A stretch of DNA of 63,630 nt, filler included, from Octopus bimaculoides (taxonomy: Eukaryota), in the NCBI RefSeq assembly GCF_001194135.2. It is 7 parts of 6 records of this genome, joined end to end, with 100 filler letters (N's around TTAATTAATTAA, not from the genome) between each part and the next. Parts side by side here need not be neighbours in the genome. Positions count along the whole stretch, not along the records: positions 1 to 27,763 come from NC_068985.1; positions 27,864 to 49,071 come from NC_068984.1; 5 more parts are not named here. One strand, written 5' to 3'. The position numbers were made by a program, and so were the translations under genes. Positions 26,139-38,560 of this stretch are shown one piece after another. The notes under the pieces are model-generated. The model searched no databases, was not told where the DNA came from, and worked only from the letters and a program-made list of their open reading frames with translations. Positions within the stretch are counted from its first letter, which is position 1. The number at the start of each line of letters is the position of its first letter.

Positions 26139-27807
26139 TGTATGTATGTAGGTAGGTAGGTAGGTATGTAGGTATATATGTAGGTATGTATGTATGTATG
26201 TATGTATGTATCTATCTATCTATCTATCTATATATATATATATATGTACTTATGTATGTAACAAACGTAAAATTGTGTTTTAACTTTACGTTTGTTACAT
26301 ACATAAGTACATAGATATATATATATATNNNNNNNNNNNNNNNNNNNNNNNNNNNNNNNNNNNNNNNNNNNNNNNNNNNNNNNNNNNNNNNNNNNNNNNN
26401 NNNNNNNNNNNNNNNNNNNNNNNNNNNNNNNNNNNNNNNNNNNNNNNNNNNNNNNNNNNNNNNNNNNNNNNNNNNNNNNNNNNNNNNNNNNNNNNNNNNN
26501 NNNNNNNNNNNNNNNNNNNNNNNNNNNNNNNNNNNNNNNNNNNNNNNNNNNNNNNNNNNNNNNNNNNNNNNNNNNNNNNNNNNNNNNNNNNNNNNNNNNN
26601 NNNNNNNNNNNNNNNNNNNNNNNNNNNNNNNNNNNNNNNNNNNNNNNNNNNNNNNNNNNNNNNNNNNNNNNNNNNNNNNNNNNNNNNNNNNNNNNNNNNN
26701 NNNNNNNNNNNNNNNNNNNNNNNNNNNNNNNNNNNNNNNNNNNNNNNNNNNNNNNNNNNNNNNNNNNNNNNNNNNNNNNNNNNNNNNNNNNNNNNNNNNN
26801 NNNNNNNNNNNNNNNNNNNNNNNNNNNNNNNNNNNNNNNNNNNNNNNNNNNNNNNNNNNNNNNNNNNNNNNNNNNNNNNNNNNNNNNNNNNNNNNNNNNN
26901 NNNNNNNNNNNNNNNNNNNNNNNNNNNNNNNNNNNNNNNNNNNNNNNNNNNNNNNNNNNNNNNNNNNNNNNNNNNNNNNNNNNNNNNNNNNNNNNNNNNN
27001 NNNNNNNNNNNNNNNNNNNNNNNNNNNNNNNNNNNNNNNNNNNNNNNNNNNNNNNNNNNNNNNNNNNNNNNNNNNNNNNNNNNNNNNNNNNNNNNNNNNN
27101 NNNNNNNNNNNNNNNNNNNNNNNNNNNNNNNNNNNNNNNNNNNNNNNNNNNNNNNNNNNNAAAAAAAAGAAAATGAAAAAAGCAAATTTAAAATGAAAAA
27201 AGCAAATAAAACGAAGCTATGGCTTAATCAGCCAAAGGAGTAAATGTAAACAACTGAATACTTGTCAGTGATTGGTTGAAATTATCGAAATAAGACAATT
27301 TTTTACATGAAATAAATTCGAATACAAAAATATTTTTCTGTTCTATAACACAAAATAGATAAGTATACGAAGTTTGAAAGTCTTTCCGTACCAAAAACAC
27401 TACGTAAAACATTAATGAAAAATGTGGCCCCCGTTTTAAAAAAGATCCCAAAAGTCATTACCATAACAAATATTAATTGTTCGATACCTCGTTACACTCT
27501 AAGATTTGGGATTATGTAACAAGAAAAGCTGGAGAAGAATTAAAATTCTCACTTATCACTTGCAAATATGTAATTTCTGAAGGAGACATGAAACCTGTAG
27601 TAATATATCTGGATATGCCTCCTAACACTCTCACCTGGTTTCTTAATCATCATCTTCGTCGTCGTCGTCATCATCATCATCATCATCATCACCACCATCA
27701 TCACCATCACCATCATCCATCATCATAATCACCACCACCACTACCACCACCACCACCACCACCNNNNNNNNNNNNNNNNNNNNNNNNNNNNNNNNNNNNN
27801 NNNNNNN

Positions 27808-27819
27808 TTAATTAATTAA
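27808..27819. other. Assembly linker TTAATTAATTAA inside N gaps (also 49116, 51765, 56148, 57846, 61327)
   Basis: The identical 12-mer is always embedded between N runs and gives stops in all six frames. Confidence 0.95.
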
Positions 27820-27863
27820 NNNNNNNNNNNNNNNNNNNNNNNNNNNNNNNNNNNNNNNNNNNN

Positions 27864-27916
<53 letters not shown>

Positions 27917-28156
27917 AATTCAAATAAGTTATCTGTAAGAAAATAATGATTAAAGTGTCCAGCAAACATAACTCAAATAGGCAAAAATATTAAAAGTCAG
28001 AATACAATATGCACCTGTTGGCTAGAAAGAGGAGTTAAAACTCTCCAAAGCCACGCATCTCTCACTATATGTAAACACGCACGGAGAATGTAGCAAATAT
28101 ACTAACAGAGAAACAGTTGTCACCATTTGTAAAACTACAAAGAGGAGGACAGATAT

Positions 28157-28216
28157 CCCAGTATCAATTGATTTCGCTTTCTGTGCCGAATTGACCCATA
28201 AAACTCATCAGCTAAG
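28157..28216 (-). ncRNA. Type I hammerhead ribozyme motif
   Basis: Minus strand: CUUAG-CUGAUGA-[GUUUUAUG..CACAGAAAGC]-GAA-AUCAAUUGAU-A|CUGGG. Stem I is 5 bp (2 G-U), stem III is palindromic, and the cleavage triplet is AUA. Confidence 0.75.
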
Positions 28217-29072
28217 TTTACTATTTCAAAAATATATGTATTTATATATTGTATCTTTTACTTGTTTCAATCATTGAACTTTGCTCTTATTGGAGCACCG
28301 CATTGAAGAGTTTAGTAAAATAAATTGACTCTGGTATTTGTTTTTTTAAATTCTGGAACGTATTCTACCGTTCTTTTGCCGAACCGCTAAGTTGTGAGGG
28401 CATAAACTGTGGGAGAAACAGACACAAAGACGAGCACACACATACATATGTGTGTGTGTGTGTGTGTGTGTTTAACATAACACTGTCGGTTATGACGACG
28501 AGGGTTCCAGTCGATCCGATAATCGGAACAACCTGCTCGGGAAATTAACGTGCAAGTGGCCGAGCACTCCACAGAAGAGCGAGCCTTTAACATAGTTCTC
28601 TGGGAGATTCAGCGTGACACAGACTGTGACAAGGCCGGCCCTTTGAATTACAAGTACAACTCGTTTTTTTTTCCAGCTAAGTGGACTGGAGCAACATGAA
28701 ATAAAGTGTCTTGCTTCAAGTACAAAACGCACGTCCAGAAATCGAACTCACGACCTTACCATCGCGAGCGGATTATCCTAGCAACTAAGCTATGTATTTT
28801 CACTACACACCTACACACACACACACACATACACGCAAGCCGGCCTTCCGCACAGTTTTCGTCTACCAAATTCGCTCAGAAGTTATTTCCCAAGGTGCTG
28901 CACAGCGAGAGTGAACCCCAACTAAAGTGGTTGCAAAGCGAGCATTCTAACCAAACAACTATATATATATATTCTCTAACGGTTTTTTTCAAATGAATCA
29001 AGTCATAACCTTATCCATCTATCGTTTTCATAATCGGTCATAATGTCTTACGTTTAAGATGATTCCCATGCT

Positions 29073-29156
29073 TTCCCTGATGAGAAGGTTACAATTTTAA
29101 TATCAAAGATCCCTATGGATCACACAGGTTGTAATCCTTTGAAACATATGTAGGAA
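29073..29156 (+). ncRNA. Type I hammerhead ribozyme motif
   Basis: UUCC-CUGAUGA-[GAAGGUUACAA...UUGUAAUCCUUU]-GAA-ACAUAUGU-A|GGAA. Stem I is 4 bp, stem II 11 bp with one bulge, stem III palindromic, and the triplet is GUA. Confidence 0.8.
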
Positions 29157-29834
29157 TAAAGAATGCAATTATAACATGCGTTTTCTCCATTCCTTAAATT
29201 CTTAAATATACTCAAATACCCAAAATTTCAAGGAGTTCCTGCCTTAAAAACAGGAACTAAACCACAGTTATTTTGTGTTCTTTGCTACATTGGTTTCTAT
29301 TAACCCATTTATTCTATCAGAAGAATTTTTATTCATTAAAATAGAAGAAATACACATAATTATATATATATATATATTGATTTGATTTGATTTGACTGGG
29401 ACATAGTTTCGCTTTAAGGGCTTATTCAGACAATGTCATTTTTAATAATATTCTCAGGTTATATCCATGTCATCACACAGTTTCTAATAAAAACGGTGTT
29501 TACATATGAAGCTAACTGTAGCTATTGATGAATGATTTGGGTTATCAGTATTTTGTGGAGAAGACGTTGTGGAAGAGAGTGGGATTTTTAAAAAATGCAT
29601 GTAGGAAAGGACTCACTGAGAAAATCGTTTTTATTCATAGTTAATCGTTCATCATTTGCATAGAATGAGAAGTAAACTTAAATTTTGAATTAAGGCAAAT
29701 TTCAGGCTCTAATATTTCCAGTTCATTTATTTTCCTGTGAAAATAACTGCTGCAGCTGCACTTGTAACAATAACTGCTATTATGTCTTAGGCCATCTCTC
29801 AGTTTTACTGTTTGTTATTAGAAGTTCAGAAGTC

Positions 29835-30030
29835 GGCAAGCTGGCAGAATCGTTAGCTTAGCGACATTTTGTCTGTTTTCACGTTCTGAGTTCAGATTCT
29901 GCTATGGTCGACTTCGCCTTTAATCCTTTTGAGGTCAACAAAATAAGTACCAGTTGAGCACTGAGGTCGAAGTAATCGACTTACCTCACATCCCGAACTT
30001 GCTGGTCTTGTGCCAATATTTTAACCCATT
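29835..30030 (+). mobile_element. SINE family A copy
   Basis: gcaagctggcagaatcgttag...gttctgagttca.attc...aagtaccagttgagcactgaggtcga. Confidence 0.8.
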
Positions 30031-30676
30031 ATTAGAAGTTCATATTTAACCGTATCTAAGCACATGCCTCTTCGGTGAATGTCAAGTGGTTAGGATTTTA
30101 AGGTAATGGTCATGGGTTCGGTTCTCCGCGCGGGCAACACGATGTGTTCTTGAACAAAGCTCATCATTTCAAGTTGGTTCAGTCTACTCAATAAGTATCA
30201 GCCTAGTACTTATGCAGCCTCAATCTCTCTGTAGTCAAATTTCGATATTTAGCTAGGTAAGTGTAGGAGAGCTGAAAGAATGTCAATATCTGCTAGCAAC
30301 TACACAGGCATCTAAAGCAATTAACGATAGTACAGTGCACACAACCAGATCATGTGTGTATGTGTGTATAAATGTGTGTAGGCTTTCATACATGTATGTA
30401 TATATGTATGTATATCATTATTCAGTTTTATTTCAAGATTTCTTTCCAATACAGAGAGAACCGGTTTCGAACCTAGACCCACTGGAATCTCAACAACATC
30501 AACAGGCTATTTTTTGTATATATATAATGTGTATGTGTGTGCGTGTGATTTGTATGTTTCTCATGCATAAAGTTGCATGTTTAGACATGTATGAATATGG
30601 GCCAGTTTTTTCAAAATATTCACTTGCAAGTGATATATTCCATATTATAACTTTATGCAAGTTCTATTCTCCCCCC

Positions 30677-30735
<59 letters not shown>

Positions 30736-31500
30736 GATAAAATCTTTATAAGAATGTATCAAGTAGTCAGCGTGAAAAAACCCCATAAGGAAAAAAACCC
30801 ATATATATATATTCCAGTATATGTGCGTGTATGTGTAAGCATGTATATATGTATGTTGTGTATGCATACAAATTAGCAGTAGGTATATAGGAAAAACAAT
30901 GAAATCGATAAAACTAGAAAATAAAGCAATATTTATTTCAGTGGCTTTCTCCCTTTTTAACACCCTACATTTTTTCCTGGTGTGCGGAGTGTTGTAATTT
31001 TAAAATTTTATGTTTGTAACTCCTGCTGGTCTTAGCAATGCTTGATTGGTGGCGATGGTAGTGGTGGGACCATTGTTATTGTTGTTGTTATTGTATTTAG
31101 TCATACTGTTGTTTTTATGTTCCATTATTTTCATTATGTATTTATTTGCTGATACACACACATACACATGTAAATACGTATGTATGAGTGTATGTATATA
31201 AATACATATATACATATATATATACCTATACGTACAAATACATACATATACATGTATGTATGTATGTATGTATGTATGTATGTATTTATATGTGTGTGTG
31301 CTTGGTGTGTGTGTAGATATAGATATGCATACATATATATACATACATGTATGTATGTATGTATGTGTGTATGTATATATGTATGTATGTATGCTTGTAT
31401 CTATGTATACATGGATGTATATGCATTATATACGTTACACACACACAAACACCACACACATATATACACACACACATACACACACACACACACACAAACA

Positions 31501-31548
<48 letters not shown>

Positions 31549-31593
31549 NNNNNNNNNNNNNNNNNNNNNNNNNNNNNNNNNNNNNNNNNNNNN

Positions 31594-31636
<43 letters not shown>

Positions 31637-32619
31637 ATACTTAAGTGTGTGTGAGTATTTATGTGCATATATGTGCGCATGCTTGTACGTAGTGAATTAT
31701 AATTCAATGGTTGGAAATCATTCAATAGACATTTTTGTTATCATATATATACCTGTGTGTGTGTACGTGTGTGTGTGTGTTTGGCTCATGAACTATTCTG
31801 AATATCAATTTTGATTTCTGATTTATCACGTCTGCTTAGCGAGGCAACTATTTTTCCTTTCTTAATGTACAAAATTCCATTCTTTACAATATCTCGAGAT
31901 TTCTAGCGATAATGTATCGCTTTAATTGAAGCTGCTAAATTTGATTTATAAACTTCCATTAATGTTTTCTCGACGTAAAAGAAATTTAATTCTATCGCCA
32001 GTCTAATATACTAATAAGACTCCACCCTACGCTTAAAGAACACTGTTATAACAAAACAAAAAGCACATCGTTTGTTAAAGTTTCATTTTATTTTCTTGGC
32101 ATTTATAAATGTATTTAAAAAAAATTTCTTCTTGTTTTTTTATTTGCGTTTTGTAAAAGTAATTTTGGTTTTTCAATTTATTATTTGAACAGATATTTTA
32201 CGGCTATATAAATTATGTTAGATACTTATCTTAGTAGTTATCTGTAAGTTATTATTATTATTATATCAAACACTTTCTTTATTAAGAGTATCTCTTACTT
32301 TAATAGGCATTCATATGCATAAAACGCTGTTATTACTGTTATTGTTAATGTTGTTGCTATTGTTATTATCGATGTTGTTGTTATTTAACCCCAATGCTGC
32401 ATTAATTGAACACAGTTATTATCCAAGTCGTTCTAGCCATGACCATCCAGTATTTCTCCGGGAAAAGCATGAACTATTTCAATATAACATCCCTTCTATG
32501 TATCATACTTAATGTATGGAAGACAAATTTACAACGGTATTCATCTAGAGATACCATCTCCAATAGATGTGCTGTGTTTAAAAACACAATATATATTATA
32601 AAGGAAGATAATGTGAGTT

Positions 32620-34560
32620 CAAATCTTGCCTATATCAACTTACCCTTTCATCCTTTCGGTAGTGTCAGTCAAGTACTGGGTTTGACTGTATCAACCAGCT
32701 TCCATCCCTTAAATTTGCTGCCCTTATGCCGAAGTCAGAAACTTTTATTATTTAGCCCCAGACCAGCACTGACTGAACAAACCTATGAACAAAGGCTTTC
32801 TTGCCATGACTATCGTTTTGAAGATGGTGGCTAATCATTTTAATAGAGTGCTTATTGTTATTTCTAGTTGGTAGAACGACAAAGGTGAGGATTCTAGATA
32901 TAAAGTGTTTCGTAAATAGATACTCCATGTGGAGGCCATTTCTATCAACGCTAGATTCATGGAACGATTTCAGTTCAGCACTCTAAGCTTACAAAACCAT
33001 CATGTTTTTGGGGTTTTTTTTTCATCTTCTGGCTTTTATGTTCTGAGTCCAAATCCCGCCGAGAGCAAACTTATCTTTCATGCCATTAGGGCCATTAAAA
33101 CAAAGTATTAGTTACATACTATGGTCGATACAGTCGACTTGCCTCCTCACCTCAAACGTGTTGCCATATGCCAAAATTAGCGGCATTTTGTCCGTCTTTG
33201 TTCCGAGTTCGAATTCCACCGATGTCAACTTCGTCTTTCACCCTTTCGGGCGGATAAAATAAGTACTAGTTGAGTGCTGGGGTTGATGCACTCCACTCAC
33301 CATTTCCTTCGAAGTTGCTGGTCTTGTGCCAAAATTTTAAACCATCATCATCTTCTTGAACTGGCAAAATTGTTCGTATCAGTTCTTCTGAATTTAAATA
33401 CCAGCAAGATCAACCTTGCCTTTCAATGTATGCTGTTGTTGTTTGTTCCTTCTCAAGCCATGCTTTCCTCATACGGGACGGTTTCCCACTTTCAATGACT
33501 TATTGTGAGCTGCTAGATGCAGGAGGAAAGAGTGAGAGAAAGTTGTGGCGAATGAGTCAGCAGAAGTTCGCTATTACCTTCTGCCGGAGCCGCGTGGAGC
33601 TTAGGTGTTTCGCTCATAAACACATACATCACCCGGTCTGAGATTCGAACCCGCGATCTCTCGACTGCGAGTCCACTAGGCCATGTGCCTCCAGCTTTTA
33701 ATTTTTCGAGACCGATAAGATGAAATACCACTCGGGTACTAGGGTCGGTGTAATCGACTAACCCATACCCTTTAAATTGTTGTGCCAAAATTTGAACCCA
33801 TAATTACTAATTTCAAAAGATCTCTGACAAGCTAGCGAAATCGTTAGAGCATCAGAAAATGCCTAAGTGTTCGTTTTGTTTTGTACTTTCTGAAGTCAAA
33901 CCTCGCCGAGAGTCAACCTTGCCTTTCATCCTTTCAAAGTCTATAAAATAAAGTACCGTTCAAGTACTGAAGTCGATAGTATCGAGTGACCCATTTCTCA
34001 CAAAATTATTAGTCTTTTGCTTAAATCGGTCACCGTTATTTATTTACTTATCCTTTTTTAAGTTGTGTTCCACATCGGTCCGTGCAACACAAACATTGGA
34101 CTGTTCAGTAAATTTTCAGTGTCCTTTTGTGAAGAGGTTGCTATCTCCTTGCTTAATCCTTCGGGTGAAAAGGGGTGCCGTGAGTGATCTCTCACAACCA
34201 TTAATACAGCGCAATCCAACCGATCCTGGGAGAAAAAGAAGGAGAGAGAGAAATTGATTCTGTACTTCTACTATATTTATCGACCACTGAAGGAATTTAA
34301 ACCCATACTATAGAGAGCCGAAACAAATACCCTCAAAACCATTCTATCTGACGATTAGAAAATTTGCCTGTTTGTAACTTTTGGCAGTCATACGATGGGG
34401 TATTAATGTAAATATGATCGTTAAAACAGAGCGTTGAAAAAATGACTTATAGTATTTAGTTACGAAACGTTATATTTTGAATTCAAATTCCATCGAGATT
34501 GACTTCACCTTCCATTCTGTCAGCGTGTCGCTAAAATAAAATTCCGGTCAAAGGATCAGG
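32620..34560. mobile_element. Cluster of diverged SINE family A/C copies
   Basis: Several partial ...tcgactttgcctttcatcctttc...aagtac... units, plus a family C head at about 33500-33690 (-). Confidence 0.7.
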
Positions 34561-34644
34561 GTCCTTTCACTGAAAAATCATTTTCTTCCTTTTCGTCGTC
34601 GTCGTCATCATTATTACCATACGACTTCAGTAACAGATCCCCGC

Positions 34645-34683
<39 letters not shown>

Positions 34684-34698
34684 ACGCACGCACGCACG

Positions 34699-34749
<51 letters not shown>

Positions 34750-34948
34750 NNNNNNNNNNNNNNNNNNNNNNNNNNNNNNNNNNNNNNNNNNNNNNNNNNN
34801 NNNNNNNNNNNNNNNNNNNNNNNNNNNNNNNNNNNNNNNNNNNNNNNNNNNNNNNNNNNNNNNNNNNNNNNNNNNNNNNNNNNNNNNNNNNNNNNNNNNN
34901 NNNNNNNNNNNNNNNNNNNNNNNNNNNNNNNNNNNNNNNNNNNNNNNN

Positions 34949-34998
<50 letters not shown>

Positions 34999-35536
34999 TG
35001 TCTCAGTCCCATTCGGTTTTTTCTCGCCCCTTCTTAATTCTTCTATCCCTCTGCATCGACCTCTTTCTCTTCTTTCTCCAGGTGACTGGTGTTCGGTAAG
35101 GCCTGACCTTTCTTTCTTGGTTCGACTACCATCCGTGCAACATCTATATTCCTCCCTGTGCATATTAAACCCTATGTCTCTGCCGTAAGGCATTACTTCC
35201 ACACACGCCAGCTTAATTTAATCCGTCCCTAGTCGAAAGACACCTGTTGTTAATGTCTTGTTATTTGTATTTGTGTACCATTTCTCCGTTTTTTTTTTTT
35301 CGGTCCTTGTTCTGGTATACATTCGCTGCTTTCTTCCGAGGAATCTAGTGTTCTTGGCTTAGTTTTTCCTTGGGGATGGCCAGATTGGAGCAATCTCGAG
35401 AATAACCGACCGAAATTGCAAAGGTAATCTGGAACTCGACTGAGGATATAAAACTAGTCCTTGTTTTCTTTGTATCGTCTGTCTGGATGTTTTGCATTCT
35501 TGTCCAATTCTAGTATTCTTTATATATATATAACAT

Positions 35537-35859
35537 TGGGAAACCCGTGGTTTTCGCTGGTATGTCTTTAGTTAATTAGATAACAAAGAAAGAAGCAGAG
35601 ATGGGGGTAGCATTTACACTCGTTTCAATTTACTGGTTTAAGTAAATCTCATCAGAATGTGAATATAGATAGATGCATCGGTTAGGATGCGAAGATAATT
35701 GATACGTGTGATGGTAATGTAAACAAAAGTGGTAATTCTTACATTAAACTTTGTTCTTGCGCAGGTAAATTCGCTGGGTAGAGGTTTTCTTGCAGTAGAT
35801 TGGTTAGTTTCGTTGGGTAATTAGGGCGGAGTGAGTATTATTTATGTGCGGGTTTCCTA
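35537..35859. mobile_element. 323-bp element with short terminal inverted repeats (TG-GGAAACCCG ... CGGGTTTCC-TA) carrying a hammerhead motif
   Basis: GGAAACCCG at 35539-35547 and CGGGTTTCC at 35849-35857, with (TA)n on both sides. No clear TSD. Confidence 0.45.
35611..35659 (-). ncRNA. Type I hammerhead ribozyme motif
   Basis: Minus strand: CAUU-CUGAUGA-GAUUUACU-uaaacc-AGUAAAUU-GAA-AC-gagu-GU-A|AAUG. Stem I is 4 bp, stem II 8 bp, stem III 2 bp, and the triplet is GUA. Confidence 0.8.
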
Positions 35860-35882
35860 TATAAATGTATATATATATATGA

Positions 35883-35979
<97 letters not shown>

Positions 35980-36419
35980 CATATATATGAATGTGTATAT
36001 ATATATGTATGTATATATACATATATATATATACATATATATATACATATATACATATACATATATATATACATATATACATATATATATATATATATGA
36101 ATGTATATATATATATATATATATCTGTGTGTGTGTGTGTGTATGTAAACAATACCCATGCGACGCGCCATGATTATAACCTTCGCCGATAAAAAAAATA
36201 CACACACACAGACAAACACATATTGGTGAATGATAAAAACATTGGCGAGAAAACTGAAAAACCGGTGTCTCATGAGAGATGTCCCTTGAGATATATGTTC
36301 GCCACCGAATAAGGATATTAAATACTTCCTTGTCACCCTGGCCGTCAGAAATGTAGCGAACCAATGACTAGCCTATTGAAAACTTGTACTCAATGACACA
36401 ACTGTTTACATTTTGCAAT

Positions 36420-36920
36420 ATGTGTGGGCGGAATAGCGAGTCCTAACTGTCCTACTTCTTGGTTTCAAAGGCCAGCAATTTCGGGGGAGAGGGTAAGTCG
36501 ATTACATTGCTCAACTGGTATTCATTTAATCGACCCTGAATAAATGAAAGGCAAAGTCGACCTCATCGGAATTTGAACTCGGAACGCAAAACTGGACAAA
36601 ATGCTGTTAATCATTTTGCCCGGTGTGTTAACGATTCTGCCTGTTCGTTACCTTAATTGTCCTCATATTGGTTTCAAATTTGAGTATAAGACCAGCAATT
36701 TCGAGGTGGATGGGGATAGTTAATGACATTGACTCCAGTATTCAACTGCTACTTATTCTATCAACCTCGAAACGATGACAGGCAAAGCTGACCTCGGCGG
36801 AATTATCGATCTTGAAAGAAAGAAAGTTAAAGTCGACCTGAACGGAATTTGAGCTCAGAACGTAAAAACGAAGTGCTGCTAAGTATTTTGTCCGGCGTTA
36901 CAACAATTCTGTCAGGTCTC
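36420..36920 (-). mobile_element. Two tandem SINE family A copies
   Basis: Repeated gaaaggcaaagtcgacctc..cggaatttgaactc. Confidence 0.8.
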
Positions 36921-37279
36921 CGCATACTTTAGTCTTCAAAACGCACATATTCCTATTCTTCTCAGACTATTGAAGGAATGTAAAATAAAATCCAAAGAGG
37001 TGGTAGAATTTGAACCCAGCATCGAGATGGAGAAAACTGAAGACGTACGATAATATAACCTTACACTTCTAAATCTACTACTATACTATCTAGTGTAACC
37101 TTAAATAGTATTTGTAAATAGTTGTACTACTAAAAGGAAAATTTGCTGCTACTTCTAGCAGGTCATGGTGTTTAAATTATCAATGCTTTTGCTTTTGCGT
37201 GCACATGACTTTCGTGTAGCCCTTACAACAGTTATATGCGTTTTAATAAATGCATGCATTTGCACATATATATACGTAA

Positions 37280-37325
<46 letters not shown>

Positions 37326-37814
37326 ATATATATGTGTATTTACACTCACACATATATACACACACACATATACATGCATACATACATACAGACATATACA
37401 TATATACGTACATACATACATGCACATACATACATACATACACACATACATACATACATACATACATATATATCAATTGCATAGTGCATAGTTTTGTAAA
37501 GCTGCAATTAAAAATTAATATGATGTTAAATGCCGCCTTTGTTATGGAACTACAATTACTTTTGTATATACAAGTTTCTTAGCTTAATCATGTGACGTTA
37601 GGAAGACTGTAGACTAACTAACTGACCTTGTCTGTAATGTAAGCTATTTCTAACGTAAGTGCAGGGATAGATATATAATTAACATTTTCCACCAGGGTTT
37701 CTTCGAGGCGTTATTATTTTCATGTCCATTTAATTGTTACTGTAGACTATAGAGGACTCTAACTTACATACAGAACTCTAGATCTATAATTCCGTTTTGT
37801 TATTTAGTTCTTGT

Positions 37815-38225
37815 AAGGTGGTGAGTTGGCAGAATCGTTAGCACGCCGAGCAAAATGCTTTGCTATATATCATCTATCTTTACAGTCTGAGTTCAAATTT
37901 TACCGACACCAATTCTATCTTTCAGAAATGATAAAATAAGTATCATTGGCGACGATGTAATCGACTTACCCAACTCCCTTACAATTTCTTGCCTTGTGCC
38001 AAAGCTCTATAAATCACTATTTAGTTTGGGTTAAAGGAGGTGAGCTGGCAGGATCGTAAATGTGTTGGACGAAATTCTTGATGGCATTTCTTCCGGTTGT
38101 TGAAGTTCTGAGTTCAAATTCCTCTGAAGTCGGCTTTGCTTTTCACCCTTTAGGGATCGATGAAATCAGTATATATTGAGCACTGGGGCCGATGAGAGCA
38201 TCATAATCCCTCCCCACTAAGAAAT
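37815..38225 (+). mobile_element. Two tandem SINE family A copies
   Basis: Repeated aagg.ggtgag.tggcag.atcgt.a...gagttcaaatt. Confidence 0.75.
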
Positions 38226-38309
38226 TGCTAACGCTTACTCAGTTGTTGTTGTTGTTGTTGTTATTGTCGTCATCCTTGTAATCGTTGTAGAAATGATTTG
38301 ATCAACAGG

Positions 38310-38560
38310 AAGATGCTATTATGGCTTTCGCAGGTTGTCTAAGTCCACCGATATTTTCACAGTATTTCTCTTAAAAGTCGACGACTGCCGGAAATATGAA
38401 AAAAAGAAGAGAAACACACATAGGAAGGCAGTTCCAGAAGGTCGACATTCTGGGAAGAAGTAGACGTAGTGATCAGTATTGAACCGGCAGGACACAGGGG
38501 CAAAATATGAGGGGCATTAGAGCAAGTTTATCGAGAGTGTCTGAGTGAAGCGATATGAAC
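38310..38560 (+). mobile_element. Possible very old LINE RT relic
   Basis: YGFRRLSKSTDIFTVFLLKVDDCRKY resembles the QxGFRxxxSTxDxIF..EKCREY motif; weak match. Confidence 0.3.

Noticed and set aside
35082-35095. 14-nt micro-exon-like segment between ttctccag and gtaagg
   Set aside because: Not a multiple of 3, lies within repeat-like sequence, and has no flanking exons to join.
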